Below, one piece after another: positions 41,259 through 53,929 of a stretch of DNA of 64,000 nucleotides (positions are counted from its first letter, which is position 1; each line of letters begins with the position of its first letter). Location of the stretch: contig OX597814.1 in assembly GCA_951406725.2 (NCBI GenBank), positions 222,208,001 through 222,272,000 on the forward strand, given 5' to 3'. The DNA comes from Octopus vulgaris (Eukaryota). The notes beneath the pieces are model-generated. The model saw nothing but the letters and a program-made list of their open reading frames with translations, was not told where the DNA came from and did no database searches. The translations under genes were made by a program, and so were the position numbers.

Positions 41259-42359
41259 CATATTCCGCCATTACTTCCATTAATATTGTGCTATATCAAA
41301 CTCCTGCTCTTCGTCCATGTAAAATAAGCAAAGTGGAGTTGTCTTATTACTTTCTTCTTGAATGACCACTCATATAAATGCAGCTGCTCTCAGCGCCTAC
41401 TCATTGTACTTTTGCTGTGCTTGTAGAAAATGACAATAACTAACTGAATGGTTTCCCCATGTTCTAACTTTCTTTTTCACTTCTTTTTCATACACTCTTT
41501 TCTTCTTTAAATTAAGCTACGACAAGCGCTTACATTTGTTCCTCAGTATAGGCACACACACCACACTCGTATATATGTGTGTGTGTGTTTACATTATATA
41601 TGTATATGTGCATATATATATATATGTATTCATATATATACGTACACATTCGCATACACATATACACCCAGGTACATAGATAAGCTGACTGGCACAAGCG
41701 TGAGTGTGTTTGTATGTGTGTGCGTACCTGTGTCTGTGCATGTGTATGGGTGTGTGTGTGTATGTGTGTGTGTGTGTGTGTGTGTATGTGTGCGTGTGCG
41801 CGTGTATGTTGTTTGTAATTTAAAGTTTTAGTTTCTGTTTTGTAAAGCATCGACGGACTAAATTGTGCGACTACAAAAGGAAAGCAAAAATTCTTTCTTT
41901 GTCCTCTTTACGTCATTGTATTCTTAGTGAATAAATTATCTTTATAATTGTATACTTCTGCCGTTACTATTTCTAGCCACGATTGTCGCTATCGATGAAG
42001 AAGTTTATTTATTTATTCATTCATTCATTCATTTGTTTATTTATTTATTTATTGGCTAACCTCTTCAGGACACCATGAAATGAAAATATTTGTTCCTATT
42101 TTCTATTTGTTTTGCTTTTTATGCCTGTGAGTGTCCTTCATCCTATTTTATATTGTTAGCTTGCTTTACCTCCTCAGAAAGTCACACCCAAAATACATAC
42201 AGATGTTTTGTTCAATTCCTTACATGAAGTACTATAATCAGAATGTGTCTATGCAGCGATCGAATATTTTCCTTCTCTACTAAATTCCGTGGCTAATTCG
42301 TTCCCATGTGCACACGCAAGCGACTGTTTTTTTTTTCTTTTGCTCAGTTAGGCATCTGG

Positions 42360-42600
42360 TTTCCCGGTTTCATTGACGCATAGGTTCCCCACCAGTCCGT
42401 CGCAGGTGAGCTGCTATATGCAGGAAGAAAGAGTGAAAGAAAGTTGTGGTGAAAGAGTCAGAAGAGGTTTGCCATCACCACCTACCGGAGCCGCGTGGAA
42501 CTTAGGTGTTTCGCTCATAAACACACACATCTCCCAGTCTAAGATTCGAACCCGCGATCATTCGACCGCGAGTCCGCTGCTCTTCTACTAAGCCATGTGT
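42360..42600 (-). mobile_element. tRNA-derived SINE (distinct subfamily)
   Basis: Minus head CATGGCTTAGTAG..GCGGGTTCGAATCT (A/B-box-like) followed by GTGTTTATGAGCGAAACAC (CORE-like). Confidence 0.7.
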
Positions 42601-42831
42601 CTCTACCCAGATGCCTAGAATAGATATCGATTTGTAGAAGGTCATCATGCGGCGAATCGTGTTCTTGTGGAACAATTACCTGACGTAGTTTCGGATCCCG
42701 TTGAAGTCATTTCAATCAATCTCAATACCGCATACGTTTAAGATTGGAAATGGCAGTTATATATCGCGCAATATTTCTACAAAGGAAGAGCGAAGAAATT
42801 ATATTTATTGTTGATTAAAATGTGTTAAATA

Positions 42832-43066
42832 TATTTCTTTACTGCCCTCAAGAGGCTAAACATAGAGGGGGCAAACAAGAACATACAAAGGTATTAAGTC
42901 GATTACATCGACCCCAGTGCATAACTGATATTTAATTTATTGATCACGAAAGGACGAAAGGCAAAGTCGACCTCGGCGGAATTTGAACTCAGAACGTAAC
43001 GGCAGACAAAATACCGCTAAGCATCTCGCCCGACGTGCTAACGTTTCTGCCAGCTCGCCACCTTTG
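42832..43066 (-). mobile_element. SINE family B, full length, with 14-bp TSD
   Basis: Flanked by AAATGTGTTAAATA at 42818-42831 and 43067-43080. Confidence 0.92.
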
Positions 43067-43844
43067 AAATGTGTTAAATAGTCGTCTCATAGAAGCATAA
43101 ATCGCAATGATGTTTGGAATTCTGACAGTAGAGTTTTTCTAGAATTAGCAAGGATGTACGTGTAATTGCGTGTGTGCGTGTATGTGTTTATGCGGATATA
43201 ATATATGTTTCCAAATATATGTTTGAGAAAATTCATATCCCCATAATCAGTCATATTACTTTATGAAATGTGAGCTTTCAATATTCCTTGCAAGAGCAAT
43301 TGTGCGATTAGAAATAATATATTTCTATATGACCGTAGAAAGCATAATTAATGGGGCGACAATTATCCCTTCGGTTCCTGTTGCGGAGTATTCCTAGTGG
43401 AAAAACTACTGCTAAAAGATATTTACTATGCATCGTGGTTGTCACTTTAAGGTTCCTTTAATTTAGCTCCTCATTTTGGGAATGATTGAATGTTTTTAAC
43501 AATTCTCCTCTTTCAACGATTCATTTTGTTTTGCGTTAACAGTTAATGCTCAGCCGCTTTTCATTACATTTAATGCAGTCGATATACCATTTGGCTGCTT
43601 TCCCCTCTAATAACGTTTCTTCTTAACCTTCCTTCACTCTCGATCCACTCCTAATTTCATCAGTTTCATTATGCATCGTAGAATACGGAGAATTATATAC
43701 ACACGTATGCAGTTGCATGTATTTATACACACACACACATATATATATATGTTACATGTATGCACTTAATAGCAAACACGTGAACAAACGTGGCCAAAAT
43801 ATTATATTTCATACACACACACATCCTACTCATATGCATGCATG

Positions 43845-43888
<44 letters not shown>

Positions 43889-43905
43889 CACATATATATA
43901 CTTAA

Positions 43906-43937
<32 letters not shown>

Positions 43938-44103
43938 GCACACACATACATATATATGCATGCATGCAGTCATAGAAAAATTATCATGAATGCATATTGA
44001 GTATATATAATAGTGTAAGTAATATATGATATATATGCATATATGCATACGTATATGTACATACTTACGTCTATACGTATATATAAATATATATATGCAT
44101 ATA

Positions 44104-44405
44104 TGGGCACACACAGGACGTCATGAAACGTGTACAACAAAAACATACGAAATACCCTTACATGGAATATGAAATATTTTTCGAACAACGGCGGACACAA
44201 ATGGAAAGCGAGACAAACAACGTAAAGAACGACCCTTCATCAGTTGTTGGCTGTTAAATAAGAAAGTAGAAAAACAGCCAACAAATGATGAAGGGTCGTT
44301 CTTTACATTGCTTGTCTCGCTTTCCAGTTGTGTCCGTCGTTGTTCTAATAAACAGTTCATAATGCATGGACTCGTTGTACACGATTCATAATGTCCCGTA
44401 CCCAC
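44104..44405. repeat. Inverted pair of Penelope-associated terminal repeats; 73-bp core stem
   Basis: 44183-44255 pairs with 44273-44345 (5 mismatches); weaker pairing extends outward (atgaa.cgtgtacaac / gttgtacacg.ttcat). Confidence 0.75.
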
Positions 44406-44434
44406 ATAATGCCCACATATATATATATGTATGC

Positions 44435-44499
<65 letters not shown>

Positions 44500-44509
44500 T
44501 TATATATAA

Positions 44510-44581
<72 letters not shown>

Positions 44582-44587
44582 ATATAA

Positions 44588-44633
<46 letters not shown>

Positions 44634-44694
44634 GTTTTTCGTTTTTCTTCTTTCAGCTCAGAAATGCGGCCATGCTGATGCGCATATACATATA

Positions 44695-45080
44695 TCTTTA
44701 CTATCTTTTACTCTTTTACTTGTTTCAGTCATTTGACTGCAGCCATGCTGGAGCACCGCTTTCAATCGAGCAAATCGAACCCAGGCCTTATGCTTTCTAG
44801 TACTTATTCTATCGCTTCTTTTGCCGAACCGCTAAGTTACGGGGACGTAAACACACCAGTATCGGTTGTCAAGCTAATTTGGGGGATACACAAACATACA
44901 CACACATATATATATATACAAGTACATATATACGACGGGCTTCTTTCAGTTTCCGTCTACCAAATCCCCTCTCATGGTTTTGGTCGAGCCGACACTATAG
45001 TAGAAGACACTTGCCCAAGGTGCCACGCAGTGGGACTGAACCCATGCGGTTGGTAAGCAAGCTACTTACTACACAGCCAC
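44695..45080 (-). mobile_element. tRNA-derived SINE family A
   Basis: Same sequence as the 5676 and 19715 copies. Confidence 0.9.
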
Positions 45081-45133
45081 ATTATTTATACTATCATATG
45101 ATTGAACGCCACGCATCCTCTCCCGAGAAAGTG

Positions 45134-45134
<1 letters not shown>

Positions 45135-45191
<57 letters not shown>

Positions 45192-45212
45192 CTCTCTCTC
45201 TCTCTCTCTATA

Positions 45213-45261
<49 letters not shown>

Positions 45262-45301
45262 CTCTACATATATACATATATACATATACATATATATAGA
45301 T

Positions 45302-45363
<62 letters not shown>

Positions 45364-45545
45364 GGATAGTTAGATAGATAGACAGACAGATAGATATATA
45401 AATAGAGAGAAAGAGAGATAGTGAGAGAGACATGTATGTAAGTATGAATGCATGCGTGTACTATGTATGTATGTATGTATGTATGTATGTATGTATGTAT
45501 GTATACATGTTTGTATGTATGTATGTATGTATACATGTATGTATT
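45135..45545. repeat. Compound microsatellite (TATC)n-(TC)n-(TA)n-(GATA)n-(TATG)n
   Basis: Direct reading. Confidence 0.95.
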
Positions 45546-46293
45546 GGAGGTGATTGTGTTTGTGTATGTATGAATGAAAGTACGTGCGTGAACATGTGTT
45601 TAATCTCTCATATTACTGAAAACTTAAGGGAGAGATGTTAAGCTCATCACGTTCCAAATTTTGGAAAGGGATTGTATTAACGAACGGTGTGTACATTGTC
45701 GTTTTCAAATAGTCTTTTCTTTCTATTTTCTTCTTCCAAGAACTTGTCCAAAATTACACTAAATCTCCAAGAAGTGGACACATCCACAGAACAATGTCAG
45801 TGACACTGTTTACTTTCATGCGCCATTCTTTCTGACAATACAGATGCCGCTTCACATTTCTCTTGCTTCTTTAGTCTGTTGACCCATTTCGATAGCTCGA
45901 GGACACTTCGCAATCAGATGCAATATAAACAAATGCGGAATAATAATAATCGTATTATTGGATATTCCTTTTATTTAATGATGCACAAGCAATAAAATTG
46001 AAGAAACGTTGAAGGATAATTTTTTTTATTGTTATATTTTGAAAGAAACCGATTATCTTTTCGCGAGACGTATTTCTCTTACGAAACTTACTCCGGGGCA
46101 ATCGGTCACCAAGCGGTCAGAATGCAGCTTTTTGGTTAACGGCAATATTAAAGATCAATATCTGTGTGGGCATATGTGTGTGTGTATGCGAGCGAGTGTG
46201 TATCTGGGGCTGGGGCTGGGGCTGAGAGTACACCCACTCGCATATTGCGTTAGTGGGTACACTTATTATAACGATGATAATAATGACGATAGT

Positions 46294-46295
<2 letters not shown>

Positions 46296-46352
<57 letters not shown>

Positions 46353-46374
46353 CAATAATAATAATAATAACAAC

Positions 46375-46435
<61 letters not shown>

Positions 46436-46450
46436 GTAATAATAATAACA
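46296..46450. repeat. (AAT)n microsatellite
   Basis: Direct reading. Confidence 0.97.
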
Positions 46451-46779
46451 ATGTAAATAGAAATAATAAGGGTAAAAATGGTAGACGTAACAGAAATAAT
46501 AATAGTAATAATAATAATATTATAAAGATTATGCAGGATATTGCACGTCACATTATTTTTATTATTAGATCAGGTGTGGTAATTATTTTTTTCTTTATTA
46601 CAGCTTTATATCTGTTTGACAGCTTCATACCAAAGATAAATATATCGTAAGTCATATGTTGTGCGTATATTAACTAAAATTAGTTATATCCATACACATT
46701 TAGATAATGTTTTTAAGAGAATGAAACACGAAAATAGTGTCATAGGCCTAATATAAACTTTAATTTATATATTAATATA

Positions 46780-46817
<38 letters not shown>

Positions 46818-46892
46818 TATGTTTTTATGTTTTCCAGTTTCAGATCTTGAGCTGTGTCCATGCTGGGGCACCGCCATTATATATATATATAT

Positions 46893-47097
46893 GTGACCTC
46901 GTGTGTACCGTTGGCGATTTTTTTTCCTCTGTCTTCCCTTCTCGGGATCTTTCCTTCTCCTATGCTTCCGACGAAGAGCTCCGCTCGAAACGTTAAACCC
47001 TCCTTCTTTCTTTCTTTCCTGAGCGTCCAATAATACTATATTTATTCTACGTCCTCGCGTTGTTGTGTTTTTTTGTGCTTTTTTGTTTGGATTAACT
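46893..47097 (+). mobile_element. ~205-bp non-autonomous Penelope-like/retrozyme-like element, TA-flanked
   Basis: Near-identical to 49878-50085 with the same two ends; carries a hammerhead-like motif. Confidence 0.75.
46964..46998 (+). ncRNA. Minimal type-I hammerhead-ribozyme-like motif
   Basis: GCTT-CCGACGA-A-GAGC(TCC)GCTC-GAAA-CG-TT-AAAC. Confidence 0.5.
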
Positions 47098-47751
47098 ATA
47101 TATATATATATATGCATGTATTTTATACTATTGGGTCGATTTCTTCGACTAACATGCGGTGCTCCAGCATGACCGCAATCAAATGACTAAAACAAGTAAA
47201 AGAATAGTAACAATATAAGTACCAGGTATATTTTTGTGTCTATACGTGAACAGATATACATATATAAGATAAGGAAATAATTCCTTCAAAGGGGTGATTT
47301 CTTTCGACTTATATACATTTTTTTTACATATAAACAATTCTCTCATATATATAAGGGGATTGTTTATATATCAAAGACATTTTTACAAATGCATTTAAGT
47401 CGAAACAAATTGTTGCCCTTTTTTTGGTGTTTTAATAATTGTTTAAGTTATATTATTTTCATAGTGTATTATGTTATATTATAATTAAAATAAATTATTG
47501 GATTGTCAATTGTATATCTCCATATAATTTTATATATCTATCTATCCATATGTGTATATATGTATATATATATGTATATACATACATACATATATTATTT
47601 ATTATATATATATATATATATATATAAAATTCAAAATGGCTGGAAACTACCATCAGACTTGAAACGAATTTCATGGAAACTGTTTTGATGCATACATGTA
47701 ACTTCCAAGAAATGTGTTGAGAGCCCTTCTCTCGTTCGTCTACGCATTCAT

Positions 47752-47765
47752 ATGTGTGTGTATGT

Positions 47766-47843
<78 letters not shown>
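47752..47843. repeat. (TG)n microsatellite
   Basis: Direct reading. Confidence 0.97.
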
Positions 47844-47846
<3 letters not shown>

Positions 47847-48960
47847 CATATAATTTTTGTATAACATGTTCATTTGGTTATGAAATGAGTGCACCCAATA
47901 GAAAAAATAAACATACTGATAAGACTTATGGCAATCCCCAACAGTATTTTATCCAACTATTTTGTTGATGTTATTATTATTATATTTCTTCAGCCAGTCG
48001 GGAACTTTTAGTCAGCCAGAAATATCCGGTTGCTGCATATAATGGGTATCATTATATCCTACACGAGTGCATTTAGTCCCCTTTCTGTGAGTATGACAAC
48101 AACAACAACAAAATAAAAGAAAAAGTAAAGATAGAATCGATGCAGAAGTTCAAAGACAGCGTAATGTCTGCGATTACAAATCACGAGAATTTCCATTTGC
48201 CCACAGTACCTTCTACAGGAAGCATAAAACATAGTCATTGAAACACAAAAATCAAAGCTCCCGCCTTCCGCTACAGAAGTGAATATATCTACAAACATAT
48301 ACTCGCATATGCATACATAGAGAAATACATATATACAGCCATACATCCATACATCCATACATACATATATACATACATGTGTGCGTATGTATGAGTGCGT
48401 GTGAGCTTCTGTGTGTGTGTGCGTGCGTATATGTGTGGATATGTGTGTGTCGCTCTCTCTGTACATAAACACGCAATCATGTGTGTAGAAACATTCACAC
48501 ATACATATACACACAGGAATATAGATAGATATATGTTTATTCGCTAGAACATTTGTAAATGGATATGCATTAAAGGATGTGCCAGAGCCATTTTAAAATC
48601 TGTGATGAAAGAGATTTAATTTAATTTCACATTGACGAAACAGGTTGTGCAAGATGATTCGAATACTTCCTTTTCAGGATGAATTTGAACAAAAGCAAAT
48701 CTATAGAGCCGTATACAATTTTCTACGTAGTTTTTCTTTCGTTTGTGAACGAAGGAAGCGAATCGCATTTACCACTGACGGATACTAAACCATGTTGATT
48801 TTAAGAAAACTTATTTTGTACAGAGAACCACAAAAATCATATGAATAGTCCAGCCTCCCGGATGATGGAAATGGTTGAACGATACTCATCTGTAGGGGAA
48901 GAGAAAACTTATACGTATTCACACGATAGCTAGCACACAACGTCATACATACATACATAA

Positions 48961-49024
<64 letters not shown>

Positions 49025-49877
49025 GAGTGTGTATATGTGTGTGTGTTTATACGCTGACATAAATATACGTGCTTTTATATATGCATATATACACGCATAA
49101 TTTCATTCAAATGAATGTAAATAATATGCACATATACATTTGTACATGTATATATATACTTGCACATAAGTATATATAGTTTAATATCAAATGACTAACA
49201 TAAGAAATCTGGCTCATTGAATACTGACAATCATAATAATATTGTAACCATTGCATTGAACTGTTATGGAAAGAATTTTTCAATTCCATGTAAGTACCAT
49301 AGTTCTGGTGAAACGGTTGGATAAAGATCTTCTAGAAAGCTTTCAGGCAGTTTAACTGGGTACACGTGGGCCCGCAACTGTATGTCAACACCACCCAAGG
49401 AAAAGATGCACTGAAATACTTCTAATTAATCGTCTTCGTTTCAATTAAATTTTTTCGACTATTATAATACTGCTGGAAGCGATATTATGTCGAAATCAGC
49501 GAAAAACAAAAGTAACAATCGTACATATATACATATATGCCAGTGCATGCAAGTAAATATAACAGTAAAGGAATATAGAATATAATCCAATGCCATACAT
49601 GCATACGCGCGCGCACAAACACACACAAACATATGTGTGTATCTGTGTTTGTGTGTGTGTGTGTGTGTGTAAAACAAAAGAATTCTCCGACGTGCAGGCA
49701 AACATGAACAGTTTCCGCGTACCAAATTTACTTCACATGGGTTTTATTGACTCATCGTTATGTTAAAGATAACTGGTTCAAGATTCATTAAACTACAAGA
49801 GGAAGCATTATGAGCATACGAATATTTATATTCGTATGGAAAAACAAAAAACAAAAAAAAAAAACAAATATATATAT

Positions 49878-50081
49878 ATGTGACCTCGTGTGTACCGTTG
49901 GCGATTTTTTTCCCTCTGTCTTCCCGTGTCTGGAGCTTTCCTTCGACTATGTTTCCGACGAAGAGCTCCACTCGAAACGTTAAACCCTCCTTCTTTCCTT
50001 CTTTCCTGAGCGTCCAATAATATTATATTTGTTCCACGTCCTCGCGTTGTTGTGTTTTTTTGTGCTTTCTTGTTTGGATTA

Positions 50082-50085
<4 letters not shown>
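49878..50085 (+). mobile_element. ~205-bp non-autonomous Penelope-like/retrozyme-like element, TA-flanked
   Basis: Second copy of 46893-47097. Confidence 0.75.
49951..49985 (+). ncRNA. Minimal type-I hammerhead-ribozyme-like motif
   Basis: GTTT-CCGACGA-A-GAG(CTCCA)CTC-GAAA-CG-TT-AAAC; GTTT/AAAC form stem I. Confidence 0.5.
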
Positions 50086-50131
<46 letters not shown>

Positions 50132-50147
50132 TATATATATATTCGTG

Positions 50148-50466
50148 AAGACGCGTGGCCTAGTGGTTAGAGTATTTCGCTGACGATCGTAAGGTCGTCA
50201 GTTCCATTCCTGTTGACGCGGTGTGTCCTTGAGCAAGACACTTTATTTCCCGTTGCTCCAGTCCACTCAGCTGGCAAAAAATGAGTAGTATCTGTATTTC
50301 AAAGGGTCAGCTTTTCACACTCTGTGTATCACGCTGAATCTCCATGGGAACTACGTTAAGAGTACACGTGACTATGGAGTGCTCAGCCACTTGCAGTTTC
50401 ATATCATGAGTAAGCTGTTCCGTTATCGTATCAGCTAGGACCCTCGTCGTAGTTAACGACGGAATG
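50148..50466 (+). mobile_element. tRNA-derived CORE-like SINE family C, full length
   Basis: GCGTGGCCTAGTGGTTAGAG A-box, CAGTTCCATTCC B-box-like, GTGTCCTTGAGCAAGACACTTTA core, 3' hairpin CGTCG..CGACG. Confidence 0.85.
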
Positions 50467-50476
50467 CTCCTATATG

Positions 50477-50560
<84 letters not shown>

Positions 50561-50610
50561 TGTATGTATATATATGTATATATATATATATATACATATA
50601 TATGTACGTA

Positions 50611-50662
<52 letters not shown>

Positions 50663-51102
50663 TCATGTGCGTAGATAGTATGAAATATCTCTGGGGAAAT
50701 ATGTGGTATCGAATCGCTTCATTAACAATGTTAGCTTAGAAATACAAGAAAATTGAGGAGAAAATTCGAGCGTTGATTTACCGAAGAGAGATATCAATCA
50801 TCACAAATGAAAGATTCTAGAACTTACCAAATTATCTATTTGTATTTGTAGGTATGTGTAAATTGAATCGTAAATGAAACACACAAACATGTGTATCGAC
50901 ATATCAGTTCTTGAAAGGTTACAACCGTCATTATACTCAATACATGTTATCAAGTCAAATTTCGACAGCTGAGTATGTTTGATAAGCCACACTGCAAGAC
51001 TACGAGGTAACGGAAAACATTTTATGTATATATGTACGTATGTATTTATGTATGTATGCATTTATGTATGCATGCATGCATGCATGTATGCATGTAGGTA
51101 TG

Positions 51103-52016
51103 TCATTATTCAGTTTATTTTAAGATTTCTTGCCAATAGAGAAAGAGTCATTTTCTAACCTAGTTTCACAGCTCCTTCATTGGAATTTCTATACCAAAAA
51201 CAAGTTATTTGTGTATGTATGTATGTATGTATATATGTATGCATGCATTTATGTATGTATGTATGTATGTATGTACGTGTGCAGGTTGGTATGATTTGTT
51301 TTATGTATATATTCTCATGCATATATTTGCATATGTAAATCATGCTCATATATATTTAAATGAAAGACATCTGTAAGTTTTACAGATTTTTACAGATCCA
51401 TTGATGGATGGGATCTGTAGTCTCCGAATAAACTTTCTCCTTTCTGGTTTTGAGAAGCTTAATTTCTCGTGATTGATATTTAGGCAGGGCCCCAATAATC
51501 ACAGGTATAAACTTGAACTTGTAATCTGGATAGAGTAACTTCAGATTTCTCAATAGTTCAGCGTAGGTGTTCTCTTTTTCATTGATCTTCAAACATCCGC
51601 TGGGCAGCTAATTCCACAACAATACAGTTTCTCTTCTCAATCCCAAATCATTATATCACATCTATTGTTCTTAAATTTTATTGAGGTTTTCCCTGGGACA
51701 TTCCACCTGTACTCCTTTTTATTATGAATGGTTATAGCTTCTACCATACTGTGGGTTCATATTTCCTTGTCCACAGGGTTAACTTTCTTATGGATTTCAT
51801 TATAGCGCCTTAACAACAGCATCATGTCTCATCGATAGATGTGATGACATTTTCGGACAACTGTTTATGATGTAGGTGATACCTTCGGTGTTCACTCCAC
51901 AATGACTGCATCGGTTGTCACATTTTACTGCTTTACCTGTATCTCTTTCCCTTTTGTGCTTCAGGTATTTGCTTGAAACTTTCTGTTCTTGGATTGCAAA
52001 CGCATACCCTTCAAAG
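51103..52016 (-). mobile_element. 5'-truncated R4/Dong-like non-LTR retrotransposon (zinc knuckle, RLE, 3' UTR) in (TACA)n
   Basis: Minus strand: CSHCGVNTEGITYIINSCPKMS..RHDAV, then KINEKENTYAELLRNLKLLYPDYKFKFIPVIIGAL; flanked by TATG repeats. Confidence 0.8.
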
Positions 52017-52031
52017 TGTATGTATGTATGC

Positions 52032-52139
52032 CATTATTCAGTTTATTTCATGATTACTTGTCAATACAGAAAAAATCGGTTTCTAACCAACATTCAAGGT
52101 TCGTTCGTCGGAATTTCAACAGTAACAACAGGGTATTTT
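52032..52139 (-). mobile_element. Second 3'-terminal fragment of the same family
   Basis: cattattcagttt.ttt..gatt.cttg.caata..gaaa....tttctaacc..ggaatttc matches 51104-51210. Confidence 0.7.
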
Positions 52140-52520
52140 GTATGTATGTATGTGTGTGTATGTATGTATGTATGTATGTATGTATATATGTATGTATGTA
52201 TGTATGTATATATGTATGTATGTATGTATGTATGCATGTATGCATGTATGTATGTTCGTATGTATGTATGTATGTATGTATGTATGTATGTATGTATGTA
52301 TGTATGTTCGTATGTATGTATGTATGTATGTATGTATGTATGCATGTATGTATGTATGTATGTATGTATGTATGTATGCATGTATGCATGTATGTATGTT
52401 CGTATGTATATATGTATGTATGTATGTATGTATGCATGTATGCATGTATGTATGTTCGTATGTATATATGTATGTATGTATATATGTATGTATGTATGTA
52501 TGTATGCATGTATGCATGTA
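52140..52520. repeat. (TATG)n array with recurring CATG/TTCG variants
   Basis: Direct reading. Confidence 0.95.
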
Positions 52521-53023
52521 TTTTCTTTATTCGACTGTAATATTTTTTAATGATAAGTGTTTGGCCAATTGTTTTTTTCATACAATTAAAACGAAAACTT
52601 GTCGTTGCATTATATATTTATCAGGAACCAAACATCAAAACACGTATAAAAAATAGCCATGGAATAACTTTTTAATCATACGCTGGAAAAAAAATCAAAG
52701 GCGTACCCATAATGTATTGCTACTCAACGCAAAGCGATTCGAACAGGTCATTCTTTAATAAATTAATTTGACGGATGAGCTGCAATAGTTTCGAAACATA
52801 AAAGAATGACAAGAATTAGCCAAGCAAATTTTTTATACTAAAAGTTTAAAGAAATCCTTATAAAATTTTTTTTTGGCGGACATAGTCGTATCTTTAGTAA
52901 AATATGCTTGAAAGGGAAAATGTTCTTCACATTCATATATAAACACGCACGCACGCATGCATACACACACATGCACATACGCGCGCACACACACACACAT
53001 ACACACACACACACACACACAAG

Positions 53024-53066
<43 letters not shown>

Positions 53067-53378
53067 GTATATATATATGTACGTGTTCGGTGTGCGTGTA
53101 ATTACATGTCAGCTATTTTATTGAAACCATTGAAATTGGACATTGGTTTCTTAACGAGATGATGTTTTGTTGTTATTTTATATACGTGTCAGTTACTCTT
53201 GAGTTTGTTTATAGTCAATGTCGGAAAGACAGAAACCGTATGTCGTATGTATGTCGAATTTGTTTTTGTAAACAACTACGAAAATGTCAATGCGTCGCAC
53301 TATGAATCTACTAGAACTTTCATCGTACGTTATTATTCTCAAATCACGACATCATATATGCATATATAGAAATATGCA

Positions 53379-53437
<59 letters not shown>

Positions 53438-53441
<4 letters not shown>

Positions 53442-53883
53442 CAAAATGACCCCCGTCCAATGAACGGTGCTGAGTTGTCAAACATTTAAACCAAATTTTC
53501 TCAAAACAGCTTGTTCGACCGTCCCATACACATCCCCTTTGAGAAACACTGATTTAACCTAAATTTGAGACACCAGCCAAAATAAGAAATAAAGATTCCA
53601 AAGAAAACCGATTTTATTCACACAAATATGCAACCGAAGAGTTTAAAGAACCAGTAAGTACATCGCTATAGCTGATGTACTTACGCGTATAAATGCACGT
53701 TCCCACGGCTTTATCGATCGCATTCTCACCTGGAATCGAATTTTGTAGTATAGTCAAATCTTATACACGCCCTGATATCGTCGGTATCTACATATCAAAT
53801 TTGAGCGCAATCGGATGGAGGATGCCCGAGATCCTAGAAGACACACACACACAGACAGACAGAACGGATTATATAATATATAA

Positions 53884-53885
<2 letters not shown>
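53438..53885 (-). mobile_element. Probable non-autonomous Helitron
   Basis: Minus 5' region TATATTATATAATCCG..CTGTCTGTCTGTGTGTG..CCGATTGCGCTCAAATTT; 3' hairpin CCGT..ACGG about 15 nt from the end; terminal CTAG degenerate. Confidence 0.5.

Positions 53886-53929
<44 letters not shown>

Noticed and set aside
46204-46223. (CTGGGG)3 as a G-quadruplex
   Set aside because: Only three adjacent G-runs
50148-50215. tRNA-like heads with A/B boxes (also ~6010-6078, ~20060-20131, ~42530-42600)
   Set aside because: No complete cloverleaf; continuous with SINE bodies, so not tRNA genes
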